DNA of 63,968 nucleotides, counting the filler, from Octopus bimaculoides (taxonomy: Eukaryota): assembly GCF_001194135.2 (NCBI RefSeq). It is 6 parts of 6 records of this genome, joined end to end, with 100 filler letters (N's around TTAATTAATTAA, not from the genome) between each part and the next. Parts side by side here need not be neighbours in the genome. Positions count along the whole stretch, not along the records: positions 1 to 18,043 come from NC_069003.1; positions 18,144 to 39,465 come from NC_068995.1; 4 more parts are not named here. One strand, given 5' to 3'. The notes below the pieces were generated by a model. That model saw only the letters and a list, made by a program, of their open reading frames with translations. It did not search any database and was not told where the DNA came from. A program made the translations under genes and the position numbers. Of the stretch, positions 13,118 to 25,312 are shown piece after piece (position 1 is the stretch's first letter; each line of letters begins with the position of its first letter).

Positions 13118-14210
13118 CATGTATATGTGTACTTACAGATATAAACACATACCATACATTCACTGTGACGCAGGCATACACACAGATATACACATCAACA
13201 AATCCAGACACATACACACATACGCATGAGCAGATGACAGAGCAGTCAAATATGATATAGGCATACACAAAACAACAAAAGGTAATACAGAATGACATAC
13301 AAAGCAAGAGATAGACAGACAGTCAAACAGACTAAACAGAGAGGCGGACAGGAAAGTGAAAGAGAGATGACACATTGCTATGCGAGTTTATAGTAATAAC
13401 TAAAACAATCTAATATACTTCACCACCACCACAACCACCTCTCCATCAGGCCATACCCCACACCATAATACAGCGTAGCAGATATCTTACCGAGAAATTC
13501 ACATATTTTGTTATCAGGGGCCTTATCTAGAAAGAGCAAAATGGAGAAGAAGCATAGCATGAAGGTGGTACACTACATTAAAGAGAAGATCAGCAATTAT
13601 GGAAGCAAACAGGCAGATAATTCTTCAAGTTTATTTGAACTCAAAGTTAGAATTTCGCTCGAAGCATATCGGACTAGTGTTTGGCGGAAGTCCATATATA
13701 TAGCTTGCACACAACTAGAAACTCGTGCCAAAATTATTTTAACCTTAAGGTTCCACGTTTGATCGAATTATCGGAGTGGAGTTGGTGAGTCTCAAGTAGT
13801 GTTATGTGATATGATATTCTGCGACGTTTAGATACAGAGATAGGATGCACACTCACACGCACACGCACGAACACGTACACACAGCCACATACATACATAC
13901 ACACAAATCGTAAACGTATGCGTACACACACACACCACACGCATATACAAAGATACACATACCAAAATCGTTATATAGACATGTATATATGTGACCACGT
14001 GAACATATGCATATTTTTGTGTGTCGATGCATATATACAGATGCATATACACATACGCAAATACGCTCATATCTACATATATATATGCATATATGCATAT
14101 GCAAATACACATATGTATATATACATACATGTGCATAAACACACATACACACACATAAAACAACAAAAGATGCACATGTGTGTATGTTTATATATGTATG
14201 TATGTGTATG

Positions 14211-14258
<48 letters not shown>

Positions 14259-14506
14259 AAAGCATTTCTGTGTATATAATATATACATACATATATATAC
14301 ACACACACAAAAAATATATATGCATACACATACATATGTATGTATGCATGTATGTTTGTGTGTGTGTACAAGCACACGTATGTACATGACTACATGTATA
14401 TTTGTCTATGTGTGTGTGTTTCGTTTTTAAATACAGATTTCTAACCCTACTAAACAATTGTTACGTATATACACACATATGTGGGAAGTATATATATATA
14501 TTTATA

Positions 14507-14552
<46 letters not shown>

Positions 14553-15008
14553 TGGTGATATATATGTATATATGATACACATATATATGCCTGTGTATGT
14601 GTGTGAATGTGTGTGCATGTGTGTGTGAGAGTAGCATTTTTTACTAGTTTCGTTTTAAGTACATTAACAGGCACACGTCTCCATTCCATAATGACGTGAA
14701 AGATGACATCAATAAAAAGAACAACGCATGCACCAGCAAAGAGAATGTAACCACCACCACTGCAAACAACAACAACAAATATGATAATAATGATGATAAT
14801 TATGCTGATGATCATCATCATCATCAAAATAATAATAATGATAATAATAATAACCATTAAAATTAGCGATCATAGATACTAATGATGATAATGGTAGTAA
14901 ACAAGCAGGAGGAGGGAAAGATGGACGTTTCTCTGTTAGAACATTCTCAAACAAATAATCATACATACATAAAGAGAAAGAGATAGATAGATACATACAT
15001 ATATATAT

Positions 15009-15041
<33 letters not shown>

Positions 15042-16099
15042 TATAGATAGATAGATAGATAGATAGATACACAGATGAATGGATGTACTAGTATATATAT
15101 ATATGTATATATGTGTGTGTGAGAGAGAGAGAGTGAGTATGTGCACAAATATACTCAAATATGTATTTACACATATATGCTTAAGTATACTTATGTATAT
15201 ATGTATATGTGTGTGTCTATATATATATATATATTCCTACATACATACGTATTTTTTCTTTTTTATAGACATATAGTTATACATATATTTATTTGTATAT
15301 TGTATATACACAAATACGTATATATCTATCTATACATATATATATGTATGCATGTATATGTATGCATAAGAATTGTATATCTATATTTATTANNNNNNNN
15401 NNNNNNNNNNNNNNNNNNNNNNNNNNNNNNNNNNNNNNNNNNNNNNNNNNNNNNNNNNNNNNNNNNNNNNNNNNNNNNNNNNNNNNNNNNNNNNNNNNNN
15501 NNNNNNNNNNNNNNNNNNNNNNNNNNNNNNNNNNNNNNNNNNNNNNNNNNNNNNNNNNNNNNNNNNNNNNNNNNNNNNNNNNNNNNNNNNNNNNNNNNNN
15601 NNNNNNNNNNNNNNNNNNNNNNNNNNNNNNNNNNNNNNNNNNNNNNNNNNNNNNNNNNNNNNNNNNNNNNNNNNNNNNNNNNNNNNNNNNNNNNNNNNNN
15701 NNNNNNNNNNNNNNNNNNNNNNNNNNNNNNNNNNNNNNNNNNNNNNNNNNNNNNNNNNNNNNNNNNNNNNNNNNNNNNNNNNNNNNNACACTGACACAGA
15801 CACACATATATATATCTGTAAATGAAGGGATAGATGTTTTAAGCGTGGACACTGAGAGCATCTTAGGTCACATTACGAATGTTCTGTGACTGTTCGCTGT
15901 ACTTTTTCATCAAGTACATACGACTGTTTGATTAACAATAGTCCGCCGTAACGTTGCGTAAGTCACGCACGATATACTCGTGAAACAAATGTAGTACTTA
16001 TCTACCTCTTTCATATTTTTTTTTATTTCCAGCTTTCATTATCGTATTATAAGCAATGCTTTTTGCTTTCGAAATCGATGTTTCTAACACCTGCCATCT

Positions 16100-16388
16100 T
16101 TACGCGATCGTAAGATCATGGCGACGCGTTGTGTCCTTGAGCAAGACACTTTATTTCACGTGGCTCTAGTGCAGACACCCGACAAAAATGAGTAACACCT
16201 GTATTCCAAAGGGGCCAACCTTCTCACATTCTGTGTCACGCTGAATCTCCCTGAGAACTACGTTAAGGCTACGCGTGCCTGTGGGGGTGGGGTAGGGTGC
16301 TTAGGCACCTCCACGTTAATTTCACGAGCAGGCTGTCCCATTGATCGGAACAACTGGAAAGCTAGCCGTTGTAACCAGCGGAGCACCA
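16100..16388 (+). mobile_element. SINE, family-B-related, diverged
   Basis: gcgacgcgttgtgtccttgagcaagacactttatttcacg shared with 50347-50590; aaggg.cca.ccttgtcaca-like segment shared with 56408-56425. Confidence 0.65.
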
Positions 16389-17994
16389 GTTCAGGCATTC
16401 TCTTTCTTTTTTTTTTTTTTTTTTGCCATACACAATTGAAGGCTTCTGCGAGGTGCTAAAAACACGGACACATTTATTGTAGATATAAATTTAATTTAAT
16501 ATATATGCCAATGATTATATTTTCTAGCGCCTATACTTTGTAGACATCATAACGGTAATTTTGTGTTAAAGCTTCCTTTTTCTGCTATCAGCTGACGAAC
16601 GCATCAGACCATATATTTTAATGTTGCGAACGTTAGAAACACATGCGTGTGTACGGAGACCATATATTTCATTTACGTATATATTTATCGCATTATGTAT
16701 GACAATTTTAGTTTCTGCTGTCCTTTCATTTTATTATTACATTAAACATGTATTCATTTTTTTAAATATTTACCGAGTTTCCTGCTACATTTTATACGTA
16801 AAAAGTATCTTCGTTCTTTGCAACATGTTTCTTACTATTGTATACGTATAAGTGTATGTTTCCATATATGCATGTATGTATGTGCGTGCTGATATATTGA
16901 TATATATATATATGCATGTATATATATATATATATATATATATATTTTTAAACGTAACTGATAATACAAAACAATTTCTTCTACTAATATATCTGCTGCT
17001 GTGAACAAAAACGAAGGAAGAGACTTTGAAATTAGTTAATTTTTTTTTATATAACTAGATACAGCTTTACTGTTATGCTTATTTGTAAATTTAAAGGTAT
17101 CATTTTTCAGCTATGTATCGTACCTGAAAGGATCCCTCTGGTTTACCTACACATGTTTTGGCGTGTTCCAAATCTTGATGAAGAGAAATCACATCAAAAA
17201 AAAAATTCATTGCTTCAGCATATCTTTTACGATAAAAGCGACACGACCCAACAATTATGCTATTTCAGATTTAGAATAACTGTCTCTCCAATAAGTATTT
17301 GAAGATAATAGGTTAAGGCCTTGATATTTTTGCATAGAACCATATATCAGTAAGGTTACGGATTGCAGACGCTCCATTAAAGTGGTTTCCATTTTGTTAT
17401 TTGTGAGAATGATACCGACGTTTAGAGAACAATAGAAGCTTTACGGTGGTATTATAAAGTTTAAATACCAATAGCGATATGCACTATGCAGTGTAATGCG
17501 TCACGTTTACTTATGTGTAAAGAAAATTTGTAGGTAGAAACATTTGCCAACAAAACATTGCCGGATTATTCACACTTACTCTTTGCACAAACCGAGGGAT
17601 GGAAGTTTGAATAAGTGTTTTAGTTTGTCTACTTGAAAAGTTTCATACTGCAAGTTTGAATCAAACTAAAATGTTTGTGGTGTGTGTGTTTGTGTGTGTG
17701 TGCGTGTGCATGTGTGTGTGTGTGTGTTCAGAATGACCAAAAAGGTCCGGATATTAACTGTGCAGCCATTGTTAAAAATGTTATTCATTGATATAGAACA
17801 ATAAAATTATTTAAGATAAATGCTTTTCCTTACACTAAGCACACACATATACATACATAGACACAAACATATATATATGTAGATACCAGTATGTATATAT
17901 ATATATATACACACATACAGATGCACATATATGCACACATGCACATACATACATGTATAAATCCATACATATATACATTTATGCACGCATACAT

Positions 17995-18043
<49 letters not shown>

Positions 18044-18143
18044 NNNNNNNNNNNNNNNNNNNNNNNNNNNNNNNNNNNNNNNNNNNNTTAATTAATTAAN
18101 NNNNNNNNNNNNNNNNNNNNNNNNNNNNNNNNNNNNNNNNNNN
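18044..18143. other. Assembly gap of unknown size containing a six-frame-stop linker (44 N + TTAATTAATTAA + 44 N)
   Basis: The identical 100-nt structure recurs at 39466-39565, 52798-52897, 58235-58334 and 62651-62750. Confidence 0.95.
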
Positions 18144-18364
18144 TATACATATATATACATATACATACATATACATACATATATACATATACATATATAT
18201 ATACACATATATACATATACATACATATATATACATATACATACATATATACATATACATATATATATATACACATATATACATATATACATATACATAT
18301 ATAAATACATATATATATATACATATATATATATACATATATATACATATACATATATATACAT

Positions 18365-18407
<43 letters not shown>

Positions 18408-18738
18408 TATATATATATATGTATACATATACATATATATACATATATTAGAAGGTTTGGAGGTGATGTACAGGCATTATATATTAGAAAAAATAAGGTA
18501 CTCAGAGAACTGGATGGTTGTACATTTACAGCTTTTTATTATGTCACATGTTTTTATAAATCATATATTAACACTTGCATCTACTCTAGTAGAATCTTCT
18601 GATTAAAATTTTTTTGAGGGAATCCATCTCTTTTTATAGTATTATTGAGTGTGTAGGGGTGGAGAGATACATAGGATAGTAAAAGAGGGTGAGGAATGGG
18701 GAGAAAGTGAGAGTGTGTGTGTGTGTGTGTGTGCCTGC

Positions 18739-19134
18739 GTATCTGAAAGGAGTGTCAATGGAAAAGAGAAGGAAAGAAAGAAGGAAGAGAGAGACAGAGG
18801 AAAAAATTGTGTTTACATATATACAGCTGGTCAGTTCTTTCAATAAAAGATGACAAGTTGATTCTTGGCCTTTAAAAATGGCAAAACCAGGTGGGTATCT
18901 AAGGGGAGTCTTGTTTTGAAAAAAATTATATTTCAAAATATTGTCTGGATTAGTTATCATTGTCCAGTGAGAGAGTGGGTGTATTTTGTGTGTGTGTGTG
19001 CGAATGCCTGTGTGCCTCTGTGTATCTGAAAGGAGTGTCAATGGAAAAGAGAAGGAAAGAAAGAAGGAAGAAGAAAAAAATTGTGTTTACATCTATACAA
19101 CTGGTCAGTTCTTTCAATAGAAGATGACAAGTTG
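18739..19134 (+). repeat. About 120-bp direct duplication
   Basis: gtatctgaaaggagtgtcaatggaaaagagaagg...gatgacaagttg at 18739-18860 and 19022-19134. Confidence 0.85.
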
Positions 19135-19296
19135 GTTAATAAAAGTAATTTTGAAATTGTCTGGATTCATTATCATCATCATCCTTGTCCAATGTTTGAT
19201 TCTCATGCTGGTATGGGTTGGAAAATCTGGATGTAAGAATGTTTTTATTTATGTATATACATATATATACACATATATATATATATATATATACAT

Positions 19297-19327
<31 letters not shown>

Positions 19328-20099
19328 TGTATATATTATTGTCTAAAAGATTCTGAAATGGCTGAATGTGACTTTCATAGGCTTCTTATAGAAACCTAAC
19401 TCTTTTAAGATCAGATTACCGAACAAAGAGATGGCCACTGGAAAACGGGCTGCTATTAGTCAGGGTGGGTCATATGGTGTCGTCAGAGTAATATTAATGA
19501 TTCAGTGACAACAGTTCAATTAGAAAGGGGAATTTCTTTAGATCACTTTGTTGGACAGTAAGCTGGTGGCATATAAGTGTGTGGGGGCTGGCAGAAGCAA
19601 GGCCAGCGAGTATGTGTGTGTGAGTGCATGCGAATACCTGTGCGCTAATACCTGCTACATACACATGCATGTGCAAACGCATTCAGGATGCATGTATGGG
19701 TGTTTGTGTGTAAGTATGTACATTCTTGCATTTGAGTGTACTCGTATATGTGCATGTATGCCTGGAAGAGCATATGTGTGTGTGTGTGTGTGTGTGTGTG
19801 CGTGCATATATATATGCCTTTGGTATCCATGTGTGCAGGTATGACAGATGTATACTAGTTCAGCTGCAACAGCAATGCTGGGTGGGGAAGCATTTGTAGG
19901 GGGAAGATAGAAGAGAGGAGAAGTACACAGATGTGTGGAAGCATGTAGGAGCTAGATTTCTGTAAGAAGCCTGCAAACTTTAAGTCACATAGAACTAAAC
20001 GAAACTGTTTTAAATAATAATACATGTAACTCCTACTTAATGTGTTGAGTGCCTTTTTCTTTTGTTTGTCCACTCACTTGTATGTATATATATTATTGA

Positions 20100-21400
20100 G
20101 TCAGGTGGGGTATTATTGCCACTAAGCGGGTTAGGGTTGGGTGCAGTGAGATAGATTATAGGTTCTAAGGACTGGCACTGAAGTTTATGTCTATTACAGG
20201 AGGTAATTATGGATTCTAAATTAGGCATGGTGAAGTATATTTTAATAGATGATTTATTAAAGATAAGGTAGAGATAAACCAGTTGCTGTAACAAGTGCAT
20301 CATCCCTGTAGAGCCCCCTGGAGAGGTCAAGAAAGTGTTGTTTAATTTGGGAAAGAAAGGATAGGCCAACTAGGTCAGTAACCTGGGCTGAGTCAGAAGA
20401 GCCAATGATTACATCAAAGAAATCAGTATATGAATTGCAGATCCAGGAATTATCCTTAAAGTGAATTAGTGTTTTCCTAGCAGCCAGGATGATGTCAATG
20501 TCAGATTGAAAGATAGGTGCATACTTTCAAGTAAAAACTAAGGCTCTATTTAAGATATGGAAGAGTAATAATTAGAGATATCAAACTGAAAGAAATGAGT
20601 ATATCACCTTTCTCCTTCCAAATTAAATCCCAACCTAAACTTTTCTTTAGAATCCAAAAATCTAACCTCCCACCACATAATAAATATTATCCTATCTTCA
20701 ATAAATCATCTATTAAAATTTCCTACTGCACCATGCCTAATTTAGGATCCATAATTACCTCCACTAACAGATGCAAACTTCAATGCTAGTCCTTAGAACC
20801 TACGTCCAACCTCAAGGCTTCTCTCCACAATACTACCCATATGATAACATATACAAGCAATGATACTCTCTTCCAATCCAACACTGGTACTGATTATACC
20901 TTCAGTTCTTCGCTGATAATGGACCAAAGGAACCTGACCTTCTAAGTGATGAACTCCAACCACAGGGTAGGCAAGAAAATTTGCAAATATCAGGTGTCTC
21001 AACTCTGCCCTCTTGGAAGTTTTTGTCTATATGTAAATATAGTCTATAAGTGCTGAGTAATAACATCACACTCCCACCAAGCAAGAGGTTATAGTGACAG
21101 CACTGTTGATTTCTAGCGCTGCTGTTGAGCACACATGAACACTTTCTCCAATCCAAACTCTAAATTATCTATCTCCTTAGCAACTTGTAAACAACCTCGA
21201 ATCCTAAAATGTTCCCTACACCCTATCCTGGTCCATCGTAAGTGAGACTTCTCCGATACAACACTAATCTTGGTATTTGTAAATTGAGTTTAAGGGAATC
21301 ACTAACCATCCTTTGCAACCACAACCCTTTATTACTTAATAGATTTTCAGATGTAATACTCTCTTATAAACACAGGTTCTACTCATCATTTGACCATTCT
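20100..21400 (+). mobile_element. Penelope-like element remnant (RT thumb/linker plus GIY-YIG endonuclease) with an inverted partial copy at its 5' side
   Basis: PPHNKYYPIFNKSSIKISYCTMPNLGSII (typical Penelope linker); CPLGSFCLYVNIVYKC, PYTLSWSI and GICKLSLRESLTIL remnants in shifting frames at 20980-21320; an inverted copy of the linker at about 20120-20365 (LIFNKSSIKIYFTMPNLESII). Confidence 0.75.
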
Positions 21401-22919
21401 ATTAAATCTATGTAATTCTCTAAATATGATTATCCTTAATTACAATTAACCTTGGGATACAACTAGCAACTAATACCACCCTTTCTATCAAATTATTCCT
21501 TCTAATTATCTCATAGCTTCCCCATCCTCACAAGTTGTATTTCCCCATTTTCTCATATCTCCTATTCAACCAAAAGTATTTACAACTACCCCACTGCCTT
21601 AGCTACTAACCTATCAACCCCTCCCTCCTTCTATTCAATTTCACACACCTCTACTCTCCCTTCACCACCAACTCACCTTCATTATAGTACTAACTACTGT
21701 TACCTTGACTCTGTACTAACTATTGCTACCTCCTACTCTGTCCACCTTCCTCTATCTTCACTTATACTTTTCTACATACCTTAGTAATTAATCTCCCTCC
21801 ACCACTAACCTGCCTTCTCTCTTCAAATTCCCCCTTAGTCAACCTATATCTACCTATGAATTAGACCCTTTCCCTCCCTCAAATAATTACCATCTCTTTT
21901 CTCACTATCTCAGCTTCCCATAATTCTAAAGAAATCATCCCTAAATTTTGACACCTATTCACAAACCCAACAATTGACCACCCTTCAATTACAAATCTAT
22001 CCCACTCCTCCCACTCATCTCCCAAATCTCCACTTTTATTACAACCTCCCTAGTACCCTCATTCTTAACCCCTCCCTCTTCCTGAACTGGCTCTCTTATT
22101 TCCTCTCACCCTTCCCTGCTTCAACATTCTCCATAACCCCACTAAGCCTCCTCCTCCTCCTTTACCCCAATACTGCTAGCTCTTAACACTTAAACATTCC
22201 ACCTTTAAAATTCTCTGCATCATGATCTAAAATGTAAGATCTTTTCTACCCTGATGATAGAGGCTCAATTTATCCAATATTGATTGCTTCCATTACAGCC
22301 TGCATTTTGTGGTGAACTACATCTATCAACATTATGACGGATCTCCAAGTTCCCAGCTGCTGGATTTATGACACCTTACTTCCTCCCTTTAATTTTCTCT
22401 GTTGTTTATACTCTGTGTAAATTTGATCTATTAATATAAATATCTATATATTTATACTTAAATATTTGTTTAAAAGTTTTCAGTCTTTGTTTTCTCTTCT
22501 TTTACATGTATACATATATACATATTTTGTGTATCAAATCAAAGCTGTTATATTTAATTTGTTTATCCACATTATTGCCTCCACATCTGCAACTTGGTTT
22601 CTCTTACAGCCATTCTTTACTCTGCAGAATTGGTCCCTTGTAAAGACATTGGAATCTAAGTTTGCATATACATACATACATACATACATACACACACACA
22701 CATAAACACATACATGAATACATAATACAAACATACATACTAATACACACATACATATATACACATACATATATATATTCACATACATAATGTTATAATG
22801 GAAACTACACGATGTATTTCTTAGACATAAAAAAATCGCATTTCTGGAACTTACACAGTCATAGGAGGTTCTTAAATTCCTTAAGAGATATAGTTTTTCA
22901 ATATATATATATATATATA

Positions 22920-23600
22920 TAGAAGGATCTCAAGATACAAACCAATATGGAGAAGGAGGTTATGGAGGCTCAAGGATCCTTCAAATGGTCCAAGAGATTT
23001 AGAAATTTTTTAATCAAACCTTTGACAAGAAAGAGGAATAGATAGAGACATATACCATAGAGAACAGTCTACTGAAGGCAACAGACGACATCTGTGGTTG
23101 GAGCAAAGCTTCTGCCAGGCTAAGGGTGAGATGGTGGTGGAACAATGAATGAAGTCCACAGGACTATAAAAGGGTGGAAGAATGGCAGGTAGCAAAGAGC
23201 TATATCAGATAGCTAAAAGAGGAGCTAGATGCAGGTGTATCTAAGTAGGGCAGAAGCAGAAAGGAAGAGGTCTGCCTATATCATACAGTGTGAAGATCAG
23301 AGACTTGATGTGTTCCAGATTGCCAGGCAGTGTGAGAGAGACAATCAAGATGTGGGAGAGAAGTGTATATGGACAGATAATGATACACTTGCTGTCAGTG
23401 ATCCTGGAAAAAAGAGGCGTGGAAGAGCTACTATGAAAGACTACTAAATGTGGAGAATGAATAGGAGAAATGGAGTCTCCCTCATGCAAACCCAACATAG
23501 GGACCAGCTATCCTAATTGACAGCAGCATGATAAAAAAGGCAATTAAAGATATGAATACAGGGAAGGTCCATCGGGAGTCACTGCTAGAGTTGGATACAG
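22920..23600 (+). mobile_element. RTE-clade LINE internal fragment (endonuclease-RT linker to RT start)
   Basis: QVYLSRAEAERKRSAYIIQCEDQRLDVFQIARQCERDNQDVGEKC..., then LIDSSMIKKAIKDMNTGK; frameshifted. Confidence 0.7.
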
Positions 23601-25312
23601 TCTAGTCACCCCATCGTCAATTAACGTCCACTTTCCATGCTAGCATGGGTTGGACAATTTGACTGAGGACTGGTGAAACCAGATGGCTACACCAGGCTCC
23701 AATCTGATTTGGCAGAGTTTCTACAGCTGGATGCCCTTCCTAACGCCAACCACTCAGAGAGTGTAGTGGGTGCTTTTACATGTCACCTGCACGAAGGCCA
23801 GTCAGGCAGTACTGGCAATGGCCACGCTCAAAATGGTGCATTTTATGTGCCACCCGCACAAGAGCCAGTCCAAGGGCACTGGCAACGATCTTGCTCGAAA
23901 ATCCTTACACACGTCACGNNNNNNNNNNNNNNNNNNNNNNNNNNNNNNNNNNNNNNNNNNNNNNNNNNNNNNNNNNNNNNNNNNNNNNNNNNNNNNNNNN
24001 NNNNNNNNNNNNNNNNNNNNNNNNNNNNNNNNNNNNNNNNNNNNNNNNNNNNNNNNNNNNNNNNNNNNNNNNNNNNNNNNNNNNNNNNNNNNNNNNNNNN
24101 NNNNNNNNNNNNNNNNNNNNNNNNNNNNNNNNNNNNNNNNNNNNNNNNNNNNNNNNNNNNNNNNNNNNNNNNNNNNNNNNNNNNNNNNNNNNNNNNNNNN
24201 NNNNNNNNNNNNNNNNNNNNNNNNNNNNNNNNNNNNNNNNNNNNNNNNNNNNNNNNNNNNNNNNNNNNNNNNNNNNNNNNNNNNNNNNNNNNNNNNNNNN
24301 NNNNNNNNNNNNNNNNNNNNNNNNNNNNNNNNNNNNNNNNNNNNNNNNNNNNNNNNNNNNNNNNNNNNNNNNNNNNNNNNNNNNNNNNNNNNNNNNNNNN
24401 NNNNNNNNNNNNNNNNNNNNNNNNNNNNNNNNNNNNNNNNNNNNNNNNNNNNNNNNNNNNNNNNNNNNNNNNNNNNNNNNNNNNNNNNNNNNNNNNNNNN
24501 NNNNNNNNNNNNNNNNNNNNNNNNCACTGCCATGTAGCATGGCTGTTCATACACATGCGTCATACAGTTTGCCTTTTACTCTGAGTGAGAGGCCCTTTGT
24601 CACCAGCAGAGGTAAGAGCTCTCTGAACCTTGCCCAGGCTATTCTTATTCTAGCAGCTACACTTTCAGCACACCTAGCACCACTACTAACTTGGTCACCC
24701 AGATAGCGGAAGCTATCAACTACCTCTAGTTTTTCTCCCTGGAATGAGACAGAAGTTGTTTCCTGCTTGTTTACAGTGTTTATTGCACCTGAACATCTGC
24801 CACATACAAAAACTAAATTCCTAGTTAACCTGCCTTTGATATTGCTGCACCTCTTATGTGTCCATAGCTTGCACTGGGTACATCTTATAGAGTTACTACC
24901 TACTCCTTTTCTATATATTGAGCAGGGCCATCTACCTGAAGGAGTTTGTGTTGTATCTACCTCCCTACTTATTAGGACTTTGGTTTTAGCTAGATTGACT
25001 CTAAGGCCCTTCGATTCTAGTCCCTGCTTATAGTGACTCAGCAATTAGTGCAAGGTCATCAGCATAGAGGAGCTCCTAGGGGCAACCTGTCTTGAATTCC
25101 TCTGTGATCACCTGGAGGACTATGATAAATAGGAGGGGGCTGAGGACAGAACCTTGGTGGACCCCTACCTCTACCCGGAATTCATTACAGTACTCATTTC
25201 CAACCCTCACCTTACTGACAGCATCTCTGTACATGGCTCGCACAGCTCTCACTAACCATTCTTCTATCCCAAGTTACCTCATTGACCACCAGATAAGGGA
25301 TCCGTAACAAAT
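23600..25312 (-). mobile_element. 5'-truncated RTE-clade LINE (RT C-terminal half, Cys-rich finger, 3' UTR), spanning an N gap
   Basis: LGIEEWLVRAVRAMYRDA; GVHQGSVLSPLLFIIVLQVITEEF; KGLRVNLAKTKVL...WPCSIYRKGVGSNSIRCTQCKLWTHKRCS...FVCGRC; SFRYLGD. The RTE 3' tail (ggttggcgttaggaagggcatccagc on the - strand) ends near 23610. Confidence 0.88.

Noticed and set aside
13508-13762. 84-aa + strand ORF considered as the next TARP exon
   Set aside because: No TM4 or YGWSF motif and no hydrophobic segment.
7931-18444. Long ORFs made of X, YI, HT or CV runs (also 23673-24706, 43899-44738, 48187-49149, 56278-57386)
   Set aside because: Artefacts of N gaps and (TA)n/(CA)n repeats, which lack stop codons.
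22251-22290. CTGATGA downstream of the Penelope remnant
   Set aside because: No following GAAA or stems.
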